Source: Fimbriimonadia bacterium (GTDB lineage: Bacteria; Armatimonadota; Fimbriimonadia; Fimbriimonadales; JABRVX01). Taken from it: DNA of 64,000 nt. The stretch's first letter is position 1. Every line of letters starts with the position of its first letter. A model generated the notes under the pieces. It was not told the origin of the DNA, ran no database searches, and saw only the letters and a program-made list of their open reading frames with translations. The position numbers and the translations under genes are program-made. Below, in pieces: positions 18,989 through 29,348 of this stretch. The stretch spans positions 58,196 through 122,195 of the forward strand of contig JBGPGO010000013.1 in the NCBI GenBank assembly GCA_041483895.1. Reading direction: 5' to 3'.

Positions 18989-19660
18989 TTATTTAGAAAA
19001 CTGATTCCCTGCTCGACCGATTACTTTGCCGTTTGAATCGAAAACTTCCACCGCGGCGGACGGCTTCTTGCGAATGGCCTTATGCGGTCGCGGCGATCGG
19101 TGGACGATCGTCTTTGTCACAGCGGGCCGCGGCTTCGGCTTGACCGCCACGATCGGCTGAGGTTTTGGTTCGGGTTTGGGTTCTGGCTTTGGCTCAGGTT
19201 TAGGAGCCGGCGGTGGTTTCTTCTGCTCCGTCGTGGCGGACCAATCGAACGAATCCCGCTTGGGCTCCGGCTCTTTCTTTTCTTCCGTTAGGGAAGGGAG
19301 ACTCGACGCGCGCGACCCAAGAAATCTGTCGAGCGGATGCGCTTCTCGGACCCAATATGCGGTTCCCAGGAGGGTTGCCGTAACGGCGACGGCAAGACCA
19401 ATGCCGACAAGCCTGTTTCCGGCGGGCGCCGCCCCGATCGACTCGAGCGCCGCGCGGATATCGTCAACCGGCTGCTCGGCTGAGAGAAGCTGCTGCAGTT
19501 TCTGGCGACGAGCGGCTATCTCCACCTGGCAGCGTTCGCACGACTTGACATGGCGTTCGAACTCCGCCCGTTTCGCTTCGGGTTCGAGATCACCGGTCAG
19601 GTAGCGGATCGACCAACTAAGATACTTGCGGCAGTGCAGCGCTCCGAACATAGGCCTCAC
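18989..19660 (-). CDS. zf-HC2 (anti-sigma-like) membrane protein
   Basis: HVKSCERC (HxxxCxxC), one TM, PKPE repeats; start may be 19651. Confidence 0.65.
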   Translation of the reverse strand: MRPMFGALHCRKYLSWSIRYLTGDLEPEAKRAEFERHVKSCERCQVEIAARRQKLQQLLSAEQPVDDIRAALESIGAAPAGNRLVGIGLAVAVTATLLGTAYWVREAHPLDRFLGSRASSLPSLTEEKKEPEPKRDSFDWSATTEQKKPPPAPKPEPKPEPKPEPKPQPIVAVKPKPRPAVTKTIVHRSPRPHKAIRKKPSAAVEVFDSNGKVIGRAGNQFSK

Positions 19661-19744
19661 AATTCACTTTAGGTTTCCGCGACGAAGCGCGGCGGCTGGG
19701 TTGCCCTAGTGAGATTATTGGGGAGGCCGAGGGAATTCTGCAGG

Positions 19745-20503
19745 CTAGCGGATATAGCTTGCGCCGTTGATATCGAGGGTGATGCCGGTGAGGTAGTCGG
19801 CATCCTGGGAGGCGAGAAAGGCGACGGCCGCGCCTATCTCGTCCGGCGTCGCCATGCGCCCGAACGGTATTTGGGCGCGCGCGGCTTCCAACACTTTTCC
19901 GTCGCGATCCTTTACCATTTCCGTTTCCGTCCAACCTGGCGCGATGGCGTAAACGTAGATGTTGTGCTGTAGGAGTTCAATAGCCAGTGATTTCGTTAAG
20001 TTGATTTGCGCGGCTTTGCTGGCGGCATAGGCTGCCGCTCCCGGCTCGCCACGAAATCCTGCGCGGCTCGCGATGTTGATGATCTTGCCGCCGCCACACG
20101 CGCGGAAGTGGTTGGCGAATCGGTGCGAAAGTACGACGGTGGTCATGAGGTTGACCGTCAACATCTTTTGCCAGTTCTCGATGGCGCCGGGTTCCAGGAA
20201 CGGGCAAGGCTCATACACCCCGGCATTATTGACAAGTAGATTGAAATCAGGCCACCGTTCAAAAATGTCCGGCATCGCGTCGGTTTCAGTCAGATCGGCT
20301 TGGATGACGCCGATGCAGTTTTCGCCAATCTCCGAACGCGCATGTTCGGCGAGGTCCTTGGATGTGTTGTAGTGAAGAACTACCTGCGCGCCGGACCCTG
20401 CCAATCGGATGGCACACGCCCTTCCAATTCCCCGCGCTGCGCCGGTGACGAGCGCAACGCTATCAGTGAGATCTACTGGGACCACCCGTGGAAATACATC
20501 CAT
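19745..20503 (-). CDS. Short-chain dehydrogenase/reductase
   Basis: TGAARGIG, NNAG, YAASK; true start probably a few codons downstream. Confidence 0.9.
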   Translation of the reverse strand: MDVFPRVVPVDLTDSVALVTGAARGIGRACAIRLAGSGAQVVLHYNTSKDLAEHARSEIGENCIGVIQADLTETDAMPDIFERWPDFNLLVNNAGVYEPCPFLEPGAIENWQKMLTVNLMTTVVLSHRFANHFRACGGGKIINIASRAGFRGEPGAAAYAASKAAQINLTKSLAIELLQHNIYVYAIAPGWTETEMVKDRDGKVLEAARAQIPFGRMATPDEIGAAVAFLASQDADYLTGITLDINGASYIR

Positions 20504-20805
20504 TCGCGACTGCTATAGTCGATGAGGGTACCGAACAGGATGAGCAAGAAGAAGAAACCCACAAACGCCCACAGCTTCATCAATTTCGAGCCGAAACGCA
20601 CACCCATGAATATCGCCATCACCAAACCCATCTTGATGACGGCGATCGCCATCGCGATCGGGTTGGCCAATCCGCCAAAGTTCTGATATTGAACCCAAAT
20701 CGTCGCCAATAGTAGCAGAAGCAACGCGATATACACCTTAAAAAAGGTGAACACCGAGGTTGCCGGATGCTCGTGCGTTGCGTGTGTGCCGTGTTCTTCA
20801 CTCAT
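20473..20805 (-). CDS. ctaF: Cytochrome c oxidase subunit IV
   Basis: Three TM helices, IAVIKMGLVMAIFMGV; last gene of the cox block. Confidence 0.85.
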   Translation of the reverse strand: MSEEHGTHATHEHPATSVFTFFKVYIALLLLLLATIWVQYQNFGGLANPIAMAIAVIKMGLVMAIFMGVRFGSKLMKLWAFVGFFFLLILFGTLIDYSSREWMYFHGWSQ

Positions 20806-20815
20806 ACCATGTTCC

Positions 20816-21553
20816 TTAGTGCGGGATCAAATAGAATAACGGATACAGGAATATCCAAACGATGTCCACAAAGTGCCAATACAGCCCTGTCATTTCGATT
20901 GGCATAAAGTACCGTGTCGCCGGATGGCCCTTATATACCATCCACCAAAGGATGCTGATCACGATGATGCCGATGATGACGTGGATGCCGTGCAGGCCCG
21001 TCATGCAGAAATAGAGCACGAAGAACATCTGTGCCCACTGCTGCAGCTGAGCGCCGGGGATCTGACTGACGATGCCATTGAAATGCGGGTTATTCACGAG
21101 GCTCGTTGTCGGTTCGTAATTGAAGTACGGACCCGGAACAAGATGGTGCTCAAATTTCGCGCTGTATTCGAAGTATTTCACCACCAAGAATCCGAACGCG
21201 AACAGCACCGTCACCGCCAGCCAAATCAGTTGCCCCTTCCGGCTCTTCAGTTGCGCCGCGCGGACCGCAAGCGCCATCGAGAAGCTGCTCGTCAGCAGGA
21301 TGAAAGTATTGAGGCCGCCCATCCGAATGCTCAGATGCTTGTGAGCATCGAAGAATATCGTCGGGTAGGAATATCGGTACACAAGATAGGCGCAGAACAG
21401 GCCGCCGAAGAACATGATTTCGGTGACCAGAAACGTCCACATGCCCGTCATGTAGGCGTCATTCTGCTGTTCCATCGTATCGAACTGGTGCATGAGATCG
21501 GGTTCATGCCCATGTCCGTGCGCGTGTTCTTGGACGGCGGCTTCGGCGCTCAT
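20816..21553 (-). CDS. ctaE: Cytochrome c oxidase subunit III
   Basis: [33 protein letters not shown]. Confidence 0.93.
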   Translation of the reverse strand: MSAEAAVQEHAHGHGHEPDLMHQFDTMEQQNDAYMTGMWTFLVTEIMFFGGLFCAYLVYRYSYPTIFFDAHKHLSIRMGGLNTFILLTSSFSMALAVRAAQLKSRKGQLIWLAVTVLFAFGFLVVKYFEYSAKFEHHLVPGPYFNYEPTTSLVNNPHFNGIVSQIPGAQLQQWAQMFFVLYFCMTGLHGIHVIIGIIVISILWWMVYKGHPATRYFMPIEMTGLYWHFVDIVWIFLYPLFYLIPH

Positions 21554-21555
21554 TC

Positions 21556-23271
21556 CTAGACTTCCCCTCCTACGGCGGCTTCCGGTTTGTCATGCGTGTG
21601 CGCATCTTCGTCTTCCGGCAGATACATCATTGACTCAGGCTCTTCCGGCAGATCGTCGATCTCCGAATAGTGATAATCATATGCCTCCCACGTCACCACC
21701 GGCTTGTGATCGAAATTCTCGGTCGGCGGTGGAGAGCTCGTCATCCATTCCAGTCCTACGGCCCGCCACGGATTGCTCGTGACGCGCCGGCCATATTTCA
21801 GCGACCATATCAAATAGAACAAGGGAATGATATACCCGACCGCAAGGACCGAGGCGCCGGCGGACGACAAGACGTTCAGCGGCAGGTACTGGGCGCTATA
21901 GTAGTGATAACGACGCGGCATTCCTTGGTAACCCAATATGAACTGAGGAAAGAAGGTCAGGTTGAATCCAAGGAAGACGAGAATGGCGGCGGTTTTTGCC
22001 CAGTTCTCCGGATACATTCTGCCAAAAATCTTTGGCCACCAAAAATGGATGCCCGCCAAGAATCCCATGATGGAGCCGCCGACCATGACGTAATGGAAAT
22101 GCGCGACGACGAAATAGGTGTCATGTAGATGCAGATCGGTGCCCATGGATGAGAGGAACAACCCCGTCAGCCCACCCACAACGAACAGGCCGATGAACCC
22201 CAAGGCAAATAGCATTGGTGCGGTAAACCAGATATGACCCTTATACATTGTCGCGGCCCAGTTGAACACTTTGACTGCGGAAGGGATTGCCACCATAAAG
22301 CTCAAAATCGAGAATATGTATCCGAGATATGCCGATTGCCCGGTCAGGAACATGTGATGGCCCCACACGACAAACCCAAACACCGCGATGGCCAAACTGG
22401 AAAATGCGATGAACGGATATCCAAATATCTTGCGCCGAGAGAAACAGCTGACAACCTCGCTGATAACACCCATGGACGGTACGATCATGATGTACACAGC
22501 CGGATGGGAATAGAACCAGAACATGTGCTGCATCAGCACCGGATCGCCGCCCTTTGTGGGGTCGAAAATGCCTAGTCCCAATGTGCGTTCAACCACGATA
22601 CACATCAGCGTGATAGCGATGACCGGCGTTGCCAAGACCATGATAATGCTTGTCGCATACTGGGCCCATATAAACAGCGGCAGGCGGAACCATGTGAGTC
22701 CCGGAGCGCGCATCTTGTGAATTGTTACAATAAAGTTGAGCCCGGTAAAAATCGAACTGAATCCGGCGAAGAATGCAGCGAACAGCGCAAGCGAGACGTT
22801 GGAGTTGCTGAATTGGCTGCTGTACGGAGTATAGAACGTCCAGCCCGTATCCACGCCGCCGGAGAAGATCGCGATGGCAGCCAGTATGCCGCCGGTAATA
22901 TACATATACCAACTCAGCAAGTTGAGCCTTGGAAAAGCCACATCCTTTGCGCCGATCATCAGCGGTATACAGAAATTGCCGAGAATGGCGGGAATCGACG
23001 GGATGATCACGAAGAACACCATCACAATCCCGTGCATCGAGAACATGCGATTGTACGTGTCGTGCTCGAGGATAAACCCATCGTTGCGAATTAGTTCGAG
23101 CCGGATCATCGTGGCGCCCAAAGCACCTATTGCGAAGAAGACCATGACCCCAACCATATACAAAATGGCTATCCGCTTGTGATCCAACGTCGTGAGCCAC
23201 GAACGGATGGATGTACCATTGTTGAGGTAGTTCTTTTTCCCCTCCTTCGCTGAGTAACCCGTAGCGCTCAC
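21556..23271 (-). CDS. ctaD: Cytochrome c oxidase subunit I (A2 type)
   Basis: [18 protein letters not shown] (YS motif), VWGHH, VVAHFHY. Confidence 0.96.
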   Translation of the reverse strand: MSATGYSAKEGKKNYLNNGTSIRSWLTTLDHKRIAILYMVGVMVFFAIGALGATMIRLELIRNDGFILEHDTYNRMFSMHGIVMVFFVIIPSIPAILGNFCIPLMIGAKDVAFPRLNLLSWYMYITGGILAAIAIFSGGVDTGWTFYTPYSSQFSNSNVSLALFAAFFAGFSSIFTGLNFIVTIHKMRAPGLTWFRLPLFIWAQYATSIIMVLATPVIAITLMCIVVERTLGLGIFDPTKGGDPVLMQHMFWFYSHPAVYIMIVPSMGVISEVVSCFSRRKIFGYPFIAFSSLAIAVFGFVVWGHHMFLTGQSAYLGYIFSILSFMVAIPSAVKVFNWAATMYKGHIWFTAPMLFALGFIGLFVVGGLTGLFLSSMGTDLHLHDTYFVVAHFHYVMVGGSIMGFLAGIHFWWPKIFGRMYPENWAKTAAILVFLGFNLTFFPQFILGYQGMPRRYHYYSAQYLPLNVLSSAGASVLAVGYIIPLFYLIWSLKYGRRVTSNPWRAVGLEWMTSSPPPTENFDHKPVVTWEAYDYHYSEIDDLPEEPESMMYLPEDEDAHTHDKPEAAVGGEV

Positions 23272-24260
23272 TGCTGCTTTCCTTCCTGTCTGTTCCCTTC
23301 GGCTGGCGCAACAGCCTTGTTGCCCGACCGGAGCGATTTGATGAATGCCACCAACTGCAGTACCTGATCCTCACTCAAACTGTTCTGGTAAGAAGCCATG
23401 ACAGGCTGATAGCCTTCCACCACTTTCTTCGGTGGATCGATGATCGACTCGCGCAGGTAGTTGTCATCCGCCAAAACGGCTCTGCCATCTTCCAGCCGGA
23501 CCGGCGTATTATGAAGATCTACTAACGAAGGAGCGCGCGCGGGAGCAAAACCATGACATTGCACGCACTGGAATCGGTTGAATATCTCCTCTCCACTCTC
23601 CGCGATGGACTGCCGCTTTGTCACCTGCTTGTCACCGCCGCTCGCCAGCCAAGCCTGATAGGCGGCCGGTTCCATGACGTACACTTTCCCGATCATTTCC
23701 GAATGCTGAGTCCCACAATACTGGCCGCAAAACAGATCGTATACCCCCACCTTCGTGGCTTCGAACCAGGCATTCGTATAGTGCCCTGGAATTACGTCGG
23801 TATGAATACGAAATGCCGGCACAAAGAAATCGTGAATCACATCCTGTGAAATGAATGTTAAATTAACGGCTTTACCCACAGGTACATGGAGTTCGTCGTT
23901 TTCACGGATGCCATTGGCATGTTGAATGTGCCACATCCACTGCTTGCCGACAACATACACCTGTAGCGCATCCTTCGGCATTCTTCGAGAAAACGCATAC
24001 ACTTCAGAGGCCCAAACGAACACGACGAGCGACATCAGCAACGGAATCCCGGTCCACACGACCTCGACAAACAGATTGTGATGAACGGGATTCTTGCGGC
24101 TTGCCTTCGAGCCACGCCGATACCGGATTCCGAACGCGAATATCATAATTCCTACGATGACCGTAAAGAACACCGTCAAAGCGACGAGCACCCAGAACAG
24201 CGGATCCATCGCGTTGGCAAACGTCGAGGCCTGCTCCGGCATGGAAATTGGGCCAGGCAT
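23268..24260 (-). CDS. ctaC: Cytochrome c oxidase subunit II fused to cytochrome c (caa3 type)
   Basis: DVIH, CuA motif [13 protein letters not shown]-terminal CVQCH. Confidence 0.93.
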   Translation of the reverse strand: MPGPISMPEQASTFANAMDPLFWVLVALTVFFTVIVGIMIFAFGIRYRRGSKASRKNPVHHNLFVEVVWTGIPLLMSLVVFVWASEVYAFSRRMPKDALQVYVVGKQWMWHIQHANGIRENDELHVPVGKAVNLTFISQDVIHDFFVPAFRIHTDVIPGHYTNAWFEATKVGVYDLFCGQYCGTQHSEMIGKVYVMEPAAYQAWLASGGDKQVTKRQSIAESGEEIFNRFQCVQCHGFAPARAPSLVDLHNTPVRLEDGRAVLADDNYLRESIIDPPKKVVEGYQPVMASYQNSLSEDQVLQLVAFIKSLRSGNKAVAPAEGNRQEGKQQ

Positions 24261-24263
24261 CGC

Positions 24264-25112
24264 TTAGTCCTTTTCTCCTTCTTCAAGTTCCTTGTTCAAG
24301 TCGTCGGGCGTAAGCGCCGTTCTCTTGAACTTTCGTGTCATCACAACGATGGAAAGCGCCATGCCGACGATCGTTAGGGCGGCCGCAATCTTCAGCAGCG
24401 TGTAAATTCGAAGCGTGTATTTCCCTGTGGCATGATCCCAGACATAGCAGCCAATCAGTAGGTTGTCCACTGCCGTTCCGATCTTATGGTCCGACGCCTC
24501 GATCAGTGCGAACTTCACGTCGCGGTTGTTGTATCCGATGCCAAAGAAGTACTTGGAGGTTTTTCCTTCCGGCGTCAGTATCACCATCCCCGCCGGATGC
24601 GCATACCGTTTTGCCGCGGCATCGTAGACGTATCGAAACCCAATCGAATCCGCCAGCCTCTGGATGGACTCGTAGTCACTCGTCAGCCAATGCCACCCTT
24701 TGGCCGCATCCGGTCTATCGTACAGCTGCATGTAGTTCTTCTTTTTCTCGGCTGCTAGTGCAGGCTTTTCCGTCGGATCGATGCTGACCGTCAAACAGAT
24801 GAAGTCCTTCCCGAGTGATAGCTGCTGGTGCTTGAAGGCGTCCATCACACCGTCCAAAATCGTGCTGCAAATTCCCGGGCAATTATATTGAATCAGCATA
24901 AGCGCAATCGGTTTATCGCCATAGTAGTCCTTGAGTTGAACCTGCTTTCCATCTTCATCGTTAAAATAAAGATATCCAGGAACCTGCTCATTCAGCTTCT
25001 GCTCAAAGGCAACCTCTCGTTTGGGCTCTTTGTTGCCATATTGGCCATGCGCCGCGACTGCGGCCAAACCAACGATCACCGCGAAAAGAGGGGTAAATCC
25101 TTTCATCATCAT
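24264..25112 (-). CDS. SCO family copper chaperone
   Basis: CPGIC (CxxxC) and distal His (YAHP). Confidence 0.9.
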   Translation of the reverse strand: MMMKGFTPLFAVIVGLAAVAAHGQYGNKEPKREVAFEQKLNEQVPGYLYFNDEDGKQVQLKDYYGDKPIALMLIQYNCPGICSTILDGVMDAFKHQQLSLGKDFICLTVSIDPTEKPALAAEKKKNYMQLYDRPDAAKGWHWLTSDYESIQRLADSIGFRYVYDAAAKRYAHPAGMVILTPEGKTSKYFFGIGYNNRDVKFALIEASDHKIGTAVDNLLIGCYVWDHATGKYTLRIYTLLKIAAALTIVGMALSIVVMTRKFKRTALTPDDLNKELEEGEKD

Positions 25113-25549
25113 CTCCCTGTCTTCTCCTCGGATGGAGTCTGTGTCCTCGCCGGCAGCCCCTTTTCCAACAGCTTGTCCATTGCTACGCTAACGGGAATTC
25201 GTACTTGGCCCTTTTCTTTATTCGCCCAACCATAGCCATCGATCTTCGCGGCTTCCGACGCGCGGAATTCCCGAATATCGCGATCGGGATTGGCCTGAAC
25301 CGTGTGCTCCGGCATGGCAGAGCTCGGCAAACCCATCGGCCGGATAGGCTCGTTCGTTTCAACGCTGGTCGGCATGATGACTCGATACAGAGCAAGCGAG
25401 ACCAGAGCGGAAAAGCCGAGAAAGACCCCAAGCCCAATGCCCCATCTCGCCAGCGCGGAAATATTGGCGTCCCGCGCCTCATAGCCCAGCTTCGCCAGCT
25501 GATCGATCTCTTCCGGGCTCAATGGCTTTTGTTCTTCATGCATGTTCAA
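25109..25549 (-). CDS. actG: ActG-like small membrane protein of alternative complex III
   Basis: GYEARD, one TM, YGW...VRIPVSVAM; lies after actF. Confidence 0.7.
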   Translation of the reverse strand: MNMHEEQKPLSPEEIDQLAKLGYEARDANISALARWGIGLGVFLGFSALVSLALYRVIMPTSVETNEPIRPMGLPSSAMPEHTVQANPDRDIREFRASEAAKIDGYGWANKEKGQVRIPVSVAMDKLLEKGLPARTQTPSEEKTGR

Positions 25550-26774
25550 GCGTCTCCTGGGGAGCGGCCGTGTAATGCTTGGCCATCAGCGGGTGCTTCT
25601 GGGCGCGCATTAGGAAGAAGAACATCCAGAGCCCGCCAATGCCGATGATCGCGCATGCGGACATCCAGATCAGATCGTTCGGCGTTTCGGAGACGTGCGT
25701 GTGGAAAAACGGAGTGACCGCGCCACCCTGAGCATTCGCCGCCGTAATCCCACCCCGCATATGGAAGAATGGGACCACGATCCAGAAAATGTCGATAATT
25801 CGCACGAAGAAGATCCACATGGCGACCGCCAGCAACGAAGCTCCGAACCGCTTAACTCGCGGCGCCAACAGAAGCAGGAACGGCAGGAAGAACTGACCGA
25901 ACACCACAAATGTCCCCACCGTGTGCCAGTTTCCCGTTAAACGATTGATGTAATAGGAGGTCTCTTCCGGGATATTTCCCGCATAAATAATTAGGAACTG
26001 CGATAGATTGATATATCCCCAGAACATCGTGAACGTAAAGAGCATGTTGCCCAAGTCTTTCGTGACCCGAGGCGTGATGACCTCGGAAAACGGCTTCTGG
26101 TTCCGAAGCAGCAAGAAGATGATGGTGCAAAGGCTCAGCGCGCCAAGACATGCGCCTACGGTGAACAGGAACCCCCAAATCGTCGAGTACCAATGCAGGT
26201 CGAGCGACATTACCAAATCCGTGGAGGCCAGCGTGAACGTGATCACGAAGAACAAGATGCCCGGCGAGCCGATGTTCGCGCGCATGTCCGCTTCCTTCGT
26301 GTTCCCCGTCTCGTCCTGTCTCAGCGAGGAGCCGATTAGCTTGAACGCCAAGAACAGCCAGATAAGGAAATAGACGGCCATTCGAATGAGAAAGAACGTT
26401 GGATTCAAAAAGTGCAGTTTTGCTTGCAGCGCCGGGTCGGCGGCGGCCTCCGGAGTCGTCCACGGATAGATATAATGCATGCCGACAATCGCCGGGATGA
26501 ACAGCAGGATCATCAGCCACAAATTGCTGGACCCCGCCTCCAAAAACCGGAGGATCGGCATTGTCCAACGCCCACGGATGGAGTTGTGGAGGCAGAGCAG
26601 CCCAAGGCAGCCCATGGTCACGCAGAACCAGAGGATAAAGCCGCAATAGTAGCTTTGGAAGAAATGCGAGGGACTGGCCCCATAGCCGATGGCGCAACCG
26701 ACGAAGGCGAGAATAGTGACGACGAGGGCCGCCATCTGCATCCGCTTCATCGCCGCAAGGATGCCGTCGTTCAC
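25536..26774 (-). CDS. actF: Alternative complex III subunit F
   Basis: Polytopic; D.VMSLD.HWYSTIWG, DLGNMLF, SQFLIIYAGNIPEE. Confidence 0.9.
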   Translation of the reverse strand: MNDGILAAMKRMQMAALVVTILAFVGCAIGYGASPSHFFQSYYCGFILWFCVTMGCLGLLCLHNSIRGRWTMPILRFLEAGSSNLWLMILLFIPAIVGMHYIYPWTTPEAAADPALQAKLHFLNPTFFLIRMAVYFLIWLFLAFKLIGSSLRQDETGNTKEADMRANIGSPGILFFVITFTLASTDLVMSLDLHWYSTIWGFLFTVGACLGALSLCTIIFLLLRNQKPFSEVITPRVTKDLGNMLFTFTMFWGYINLSQFLIIYAGNIPEETSYYINRLTGNWHTVGTFVVFGQFFLPFLLLLAPRVKRFGASLLAVAMWIFFVRIIDIFWIVVPFFHMRGGITAANAQGGAVTPFFHTHVSETPNDLIWMSACAIIGIGGLWMFFFLMRAQKHPLMAKHYTAAPQETLEHA

Positions 26775-27421
26775 ATTCCACCTGCCGTCAGCTTCTGTCG
26801 TTCGGATTCCGGCACGTCTTGGAGCGTTTGACTTTCACTGAGCTGCAGCGCCCGAATGTACGCCGCGATCCGCCATCTGTCCATCACATCGACTCTCTCC
26901 GCGTAGCTGTACATGATGCCATAACCGTTAGTCATGACATCGAAGAAGTGTCCGATCGCGATTTTGACCAACCGCTCATCATGGAAATTGGCCGGCTTTC
27001 GACGAAGGTTGAAACCTCGGCGGGCGATCATCCCATCGCCATTCCCCAGCACTCCGTGGCAGGGGGAACAGTAAACATTGAATCGCTGTTGGCCCCGCTC
27101 CAGATCGGCACGGGTGATCGGGAAGGGGAACGTGTCGTAATATTTGCCTCGGAAAATACCCGTCTCGACCGGGGAGCCGCCGGGAATCGACCAATTCACC
27201 TTTGTGCCGCCCTCGATGCCGGTGTACAGATGCTTGTCGAGCTTCGGGTTGCCGTGCTGGACGGTGTGCGCAATTCGCGGACGAGAACTGCTGCCGTCCG
27301 GGAAAAACGGCGTCTCCTGCAGCGGCTTGTGCACCTTCTTCTGCACCCACATATCGGGATGGCAGCCCGAAAGCTCCATGACGACGGCGCCAAGCAACGC
27401 GAGCGTGAGCGGGCGGTTCAG
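26771..27421 (-). CDS. actE: Alternative complex III monoheme cytochrome c lipoprotein (probable CTG start)
   Basis: Lipobox LSGC, DMWVQ, CSPCH, DRWRIAAYIRALQ; CTG at 27421 with GAGGAGG 7 nt upstream. Confidence 0.88.
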   Translation of the reverse strand: MNRPLTLALLGAVVMELSGCHPDMWVQKKVHKPLQETPFFPDGSSSRPRIAHTVQHGNPKLDKHLYTGIEGGTKVNWSIPGGSPVETGIFRGKYYDTFPFPITRADLERGQQRFNVYCSPCHGVLGNGDGMIARRGFNLRRKPANFHDERLVKIAIGHFFDVMTNGYGIMYSYAERVDVMDRWRIAAYIRALQLSESQTLQDVPESERQKLTAGGM

Positions 27422-27954
27422 TGGGGCACCTCCTCGACGGAAAGCGAGCCCAGACCTTCCAAGAATCGCGCGGTCTCGTCAATTTCAAACTTCGGATCTT
27501 TGGCCTCGATGCAGAGGAAGAACCGATCCTGGGTCGCAAGATCGAACCGCGGCGCATTGAATACCGGGTGATACGGCTTTGGCAGGCCGTTCAATCCCAG
27601 CATTCCCAAGACCCCCGCGAAAGAAGAGAGAAGGATTGTGGATTCAAACGTGACAGGGAAAAAGTAGGGCCAGGAGATGAAGGGCCGTCCACCCACATTG
27701 ATAGGATAGTCCATGCCGTTCGCATACGCTTGCAGCGCAAATCCTGCCGCCGCGCCAATGACGCCGCCCCAAAACATCATCCATTGGACTTTCGAATCCT
27801 TAAAACCGATCGCATCATCGAGCCCATGGATCGGGAACGGGCTGTAGGCATCCATTTCCCGATACCCCGCATCGTGAGCGCGCTGCGATGCCACGACCAG
27901 GTCTTCCGGATCGTCGAATTCCGCCATCAGGCCATAGACTCTGGTGTCACTCAT
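27418..27954 (-). CDS. actD: Alternative complex III subunit D (DUF3341)
   Basis: GLMAEF, DAYSPFPIHG, YPINVGGRP, PVTFE, DRFFL. Confidence 0.92.
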   Translation of the reverse strand: MSDTRVYGLMAEFDDPEDLVVASQRAHDAGYREMDAYSPFPIHGLDDAIGFKDSKVQWMMFWGGVIGAAAGFALQAYANGMDYPINVGGRPFISWPYFFPVTFESTILLSSFAGVLGMLGLNGLPKPYHPVFNAPRFDLATQDRFFLCIEAKDPKFEIDETARFLEGLGSLSVEEVPH

Positions 27955-29348
27955 CAGTGCCCCTCACCGGCGCTAATCGCGTCCGCCCGTTTTCTGGGAT
28001 TGCCTTGGAACTTGTACAGCAGGTCCTTCATTTCGAACGCGTTGATCATCGGAACGAACCGGACGAACAGGAACATCATAAAGGTGAAGAATCCGAGTGT
28101 GCCGGCAAAGGTCGCATAGTCCCAGAACGTCGGATAGTACATCCCCCACGACGAGGGCAGCGAGTCCCGAACAAGGCTCGTGACGACGATGATGAACCGC
28201 TCCAGCCACATTCCGATGCTGATGACAATGCAGATGCCAAAGACCATAGGAAGGTTGGCGCGCCACTTTGGAAACCATAGGAGCTGCGGCACAAGGCCGT
28301 TGCACAGAATGAGCGACCAGTAGAACGGCCAATAGGGGCCCATCATCCGGTTCTTCATCATGAACCACTCGTATGGATTGCCGCTGTACCAGGCATAAAA
28401 CGCTTCGGTCATGTAGCCATAGGAGACGATGAGCCCGGTCGCGAGCATGATCTTGCACATCCAGTCGATGTGCCGCATCGTGATCAGGTCCTTCAGGCCG
28501 TACCACGCCCGGATCGGAATGACGAGGAGAAGAACCATCGCGAACCCGGCGTACACGGCGCCCGCGACGAAATAGGGCGGGAACAGGGTCGTGTGCCAAC
28601 CTGGAAGCTGCGAGATGGCGAAGTCCAAGCTGACGATACTGTGGACGGAAAGGACCAGCGGCGTTGAAAGACCGGCGAGTATCAGATAGGCCGATTCATA
28701 GCGGACCCAGTGCTTTGCCGATCCGCGCCACCCCAACGAGAACACGCCGAATATCCTGGCAACGAGCAGACTCTTCGCCTTATCCCTCAGCGTCGCAAGG
28801 TCCGGAATGAGGCCCACATACCAGAAGATGACCGAGACCGTGAAATAGGTGGTGACCGCGAAAACGTCCCAAACCAACGGGCTCTTGAATTGCGGCCAAA
28901 GGGTCATCCAGTTGGGATACGGCAGCATCCAATAGGCTACCCAGGGCCGGCCCGTATGCAGCAGCGGGAACATTCCGGCGCACATGACCGCGAAAATGGT
29001 CATCGCCTCTGCAAATCGGTTGATGGAGTTGCGCCATCGTTGCCGCGTGAGCAGCAGAATCGCCGAAATCAGCGTCCCGGCGTGGCCAATTCCAATCCAC
29101 CAGACAAAGTTGATGATGGCAAAGCCCCAACCGACCGGGATATTGATTCCCCATATCCCCACGCCCATGAACAACAGCCAACAGACGGCAATCAGCAGAA
29201 TATTGACTCCCAAAAATCCGGCTGCGAATGCAAGCTGCCAGTTGAGTCCGTGCCGCTTTTGATCCAGGACGATATCGTCGATCTTGCCGCCGATGGAGGC
29301 AAAATCGTGTACGCCGGTGATCAGCTTTTCGCCGGAAGCTTCGCTCAA
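27954..29348 (-). CDS. actC: Alternative complex III quinol-binding subunit C (NrfD family)
   Basis: NFVWWIGIGHAGT, NRFAEAMT, SPLVWDVFAV, VLSVHSIVSLDFA. Confidence 0.95.
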   Translation of the reverse strand: MSEASGEKLITGVHDFASIGGKIDDIVLDQKRHGLNWQLAFAAGFLGVNILLIAVCWLLFMGVGIWGINIPVGWGFAIINFVWWIGIGHAGTLISAILLLTRQRWRNSINRFAEAMTIFAVMCAGMFPLLHTGRPWVAYWMLPYPNWMTLWPQFKSPLVWDVFAVTTYFTVSVIFWYVGLIPDLATLRDKAKSLLVARIFGVFSLGWRGSAKHWVRYESAYLILAGLSTPLVLSVHSIVSLDFAISQLPGWHTTLFPPYFVAGAVYAGFAMVLLLVIPIRAWYGLKDLITMRHIDWMCKIMLATGLIVSYGYMTEAFYAWYSGNPYEWFMMKNRMMGPYWPFYWSLILCNGLVPQLLWFPKWRANLPMVFGICIVISIGMWLERFIIVVTSLVRDSLPSSWGMYYPTFWDYATFAGTLGFFTFMMFLFVRFVPMINAFEMKDLLYKFQGNPRKRADAISAGEGH

